Below are positions 1-64,000 of a stretch of 64,000 bases of DNA, piece by piece. The notes beneath the pieces were generated by a model. That model was not told the origin of the DNA, ran no database searches, and saw only the letters and a list, made by a program, of their open reading frames with translations. The position numbers and the translations under genes were made by a program. The DNA comes from Octopus vulgaris (lineage: Eukaryota), in contig OX597833.1 of assembly GCA_951406725.2 (NCBI GenBank), forward strand, positions 3,906,001 through 3,970,000, in the 5' to 3' direction. Position 1 is the stretch's first letter; each line of letters starts with the position of its first letter.

Positions 1-44
1 ACACACACACACACACACACAGACACACACACACACAGACACAC

Positions 45-117
<73 letters not shown>

Positions 118-151
118 ATGTTATTTTCTTGTTTCTGCATTTCGCCACCAG

Positions 152-64000
<63,849 letters not shown>

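Overview
Eukaryotic, AT- and microsatellite-rich DNA. The SINE families resemble those of Octopus, so the source is inferred to be an octopod cephalopod. The whole window lies inside one large + strand gene, a fibrocystin-L (PKHD1L1-like) homologue. I traced 35 GT-AG exons (152..64000, about 9.06 kb, about 3,020 aa) that join in one frame: IPT/TIG repeats, a cupredoxin-like insert, G8, PbH1 beta-helix, a second G8, PbH1 and a conserved C-terminal region. The start and stop codons lie outside the window. Introns hold three SINE families, non-autonomous Helitrons, MITEs, LINE fragments (R4/Dong-type, CR1, RTE, Tx1-like) and a tRNA-Gly-derived pseudogene. The most notable unexplained structure is a set of unrelated non-coding elements, mostly embedded in (TA)n, that carry minimal type-I hammerhead ribozyme folds. 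One is a 482/483-bp tandem-plus-inverted array with three intact hammerheads, two of them sense to the pre-mRNA, resembling Penelope pseudo-LTRs or retrozymes. Most ORFs in the supplied track are microsatellite artefacts. Coordinates were counted by eye and repeat boundaries are approximate.
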